Shown: positions 62,941-64,000 of the stretch, one piece after another | Layout of the letters: each line of letters starts with the position of its first letter | Numbering within the stretch: position 1 is the first letter of the stretch | Source: Psilocybe cubensis | Taxonomy: Eukaryota | Assembly (NCBI GenBank): GCA_017499595.2 | Contig: CM038999.1 | Location: forward strand, 2,604,001 to 2,668,000 | DNA length: 64,000 nt | Direction: 5' to 3' | Notes under the pieces: generated by a model | Told to the model about the DNA's origin: nothing | The model's input: only the letters and a program-made list of their open reading frames with translations | Databases searched by the model: none | Position numbers and translations under genes: made by a program

Positions 62941-63385
62941 TTCTTCTTTCTTCTTCGTGCGGGTTTCGTTTCCTGCGATTTTAGTTTTTTTTTTCTGTAC
63001 TCGTCCTGATTTCCTGCTAATCGTCCCATTGAACTCGTATCCCAAGGTCCCTCTTTTAAAGAACACTTTTTCGTTATGTTATTATAGTCTGTACTGTTTG
63101 CCTCGTTCTTTGATGATATTCAGGTGGTTATACTGTCTAGTCGATGAGAGACAGAGCCGCTGGTGAATTGACGTGACAAATGCGTGATTGATCCAGAGTA
63201 ATTCTTTTTTTAGTAATACATAGCCAGGCATCAAAGTTTGGTTCACGCGTTCACCTCCAACGTTGACCACGTCTGCTGTGCACTCTTGCTATTGCCTTCA
63301 TCGTCGGACTCATCCCCGGCCCAGTAGACCTTTTCTTTCCCTTTAATTCTCACATCTATATTCTTGCAAAACATCTAAAGCAATC

Positions 63386-64000
63386 ATGTCTGGTCAGTCC
63401 GTCTTTCCTGCAGCTTCTACCCTCTCAGACTCCACATTACGTAGACTCATGCAATTCGCACAACAGGCTGGCTGTTTCTCTTTGCTGTGCTGTATGCAGC
63501 TGCTCTCCTCTTTGGAATGGTCTTTTTCGTGAGTCCATAACTCCCCCTCGTGTATTGTCATTGTTGCTCAGGTCTTGGCAGATCATCATGTACTCCGACC
63601 TTGAAAGCGACTACATAAACCCTATTGATTTCTGTAACAAACTCAACCAAGTATGTTGCTGTCGCCTTGGTCAGACGGGCATTTCCTGAACATATTCGCT
63701 GTACAGTTTGTTATCCCTGAATATGCTGCGCATGCTTTCCTTGCTTTGCTCTTTCTCCTTACTGGCCAATGGGCATCTCTTTTGTGGAATGTACCTTTGT
63801 TGGCGTACAACATTAACAAGTGAGTGCCTCTGTCGTCTGCAGTACCAACAGTTTCAAATATTTTCGCAGAGTTGTTAACAAGGCGCACATGTACGACGCG
63901 ACCGAGATCTTCCGCACCCTCCCTCAACATCAAAAGGAGGCGTATTTCAAGACCGCATTTTACCTCCTATCTTTCTTTTTCTACCTGTACAAGTGCGTAT
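63386..64000 (+). CDS. ERV14: Cornichon-family ER cargo receptor (3' end outside window)
   Basis: [64 protein letters not shown]. Confidence 0.95.

Overview
Gene-dense 64-kb stretch of an intron-rich fungal nuclear genome. Short GT-AG introns and the gene content point to an Agaricomycete basidiomycete; the species cannot be determined from the sequence. About 28 spliced protein-coding genes can be reconstructed. Housekeeping genes: SSL1/TFIIH p44, MCM2, MIA40, TIM17, MRP17, BOS1, ERV14, Tudor-SN, Rad9 clamp subunit and a Mei2-like RRM protein. Metabolic and other genes: phenylalanine ammonia-lyase, Fe-ADH, flavin-reductase-like protein, HSL-type esterase, S41 peptidase, NIPA/CDF/FNT transporters, an F-box protein and a BLI-3-like protein. 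No transposon, rRNA or secondary-metabolite backbone gene is evident. The most interesting signals are invisible to the ORF track: (1) a ~320-nt intergenic element (55948-56269) that folds by hand into a nuclear RNase P/MRP-type RNA with an unusual A at the normally invariant P4 uridine; (2) a second, unidentified structured element (16027-16302); (3) a decayed tRNA-Leu/Ser-like relic (13589-13669); (4) a large protein with a probably inactive Sec7 domain inserted inside a split PH domain; (5) a zf-4CXXC_R1 (CDCA7-type) finger fused to DDT/WHIM-like motifs. All exon boundaries and RNA folds were derived by eye, with no database searches.
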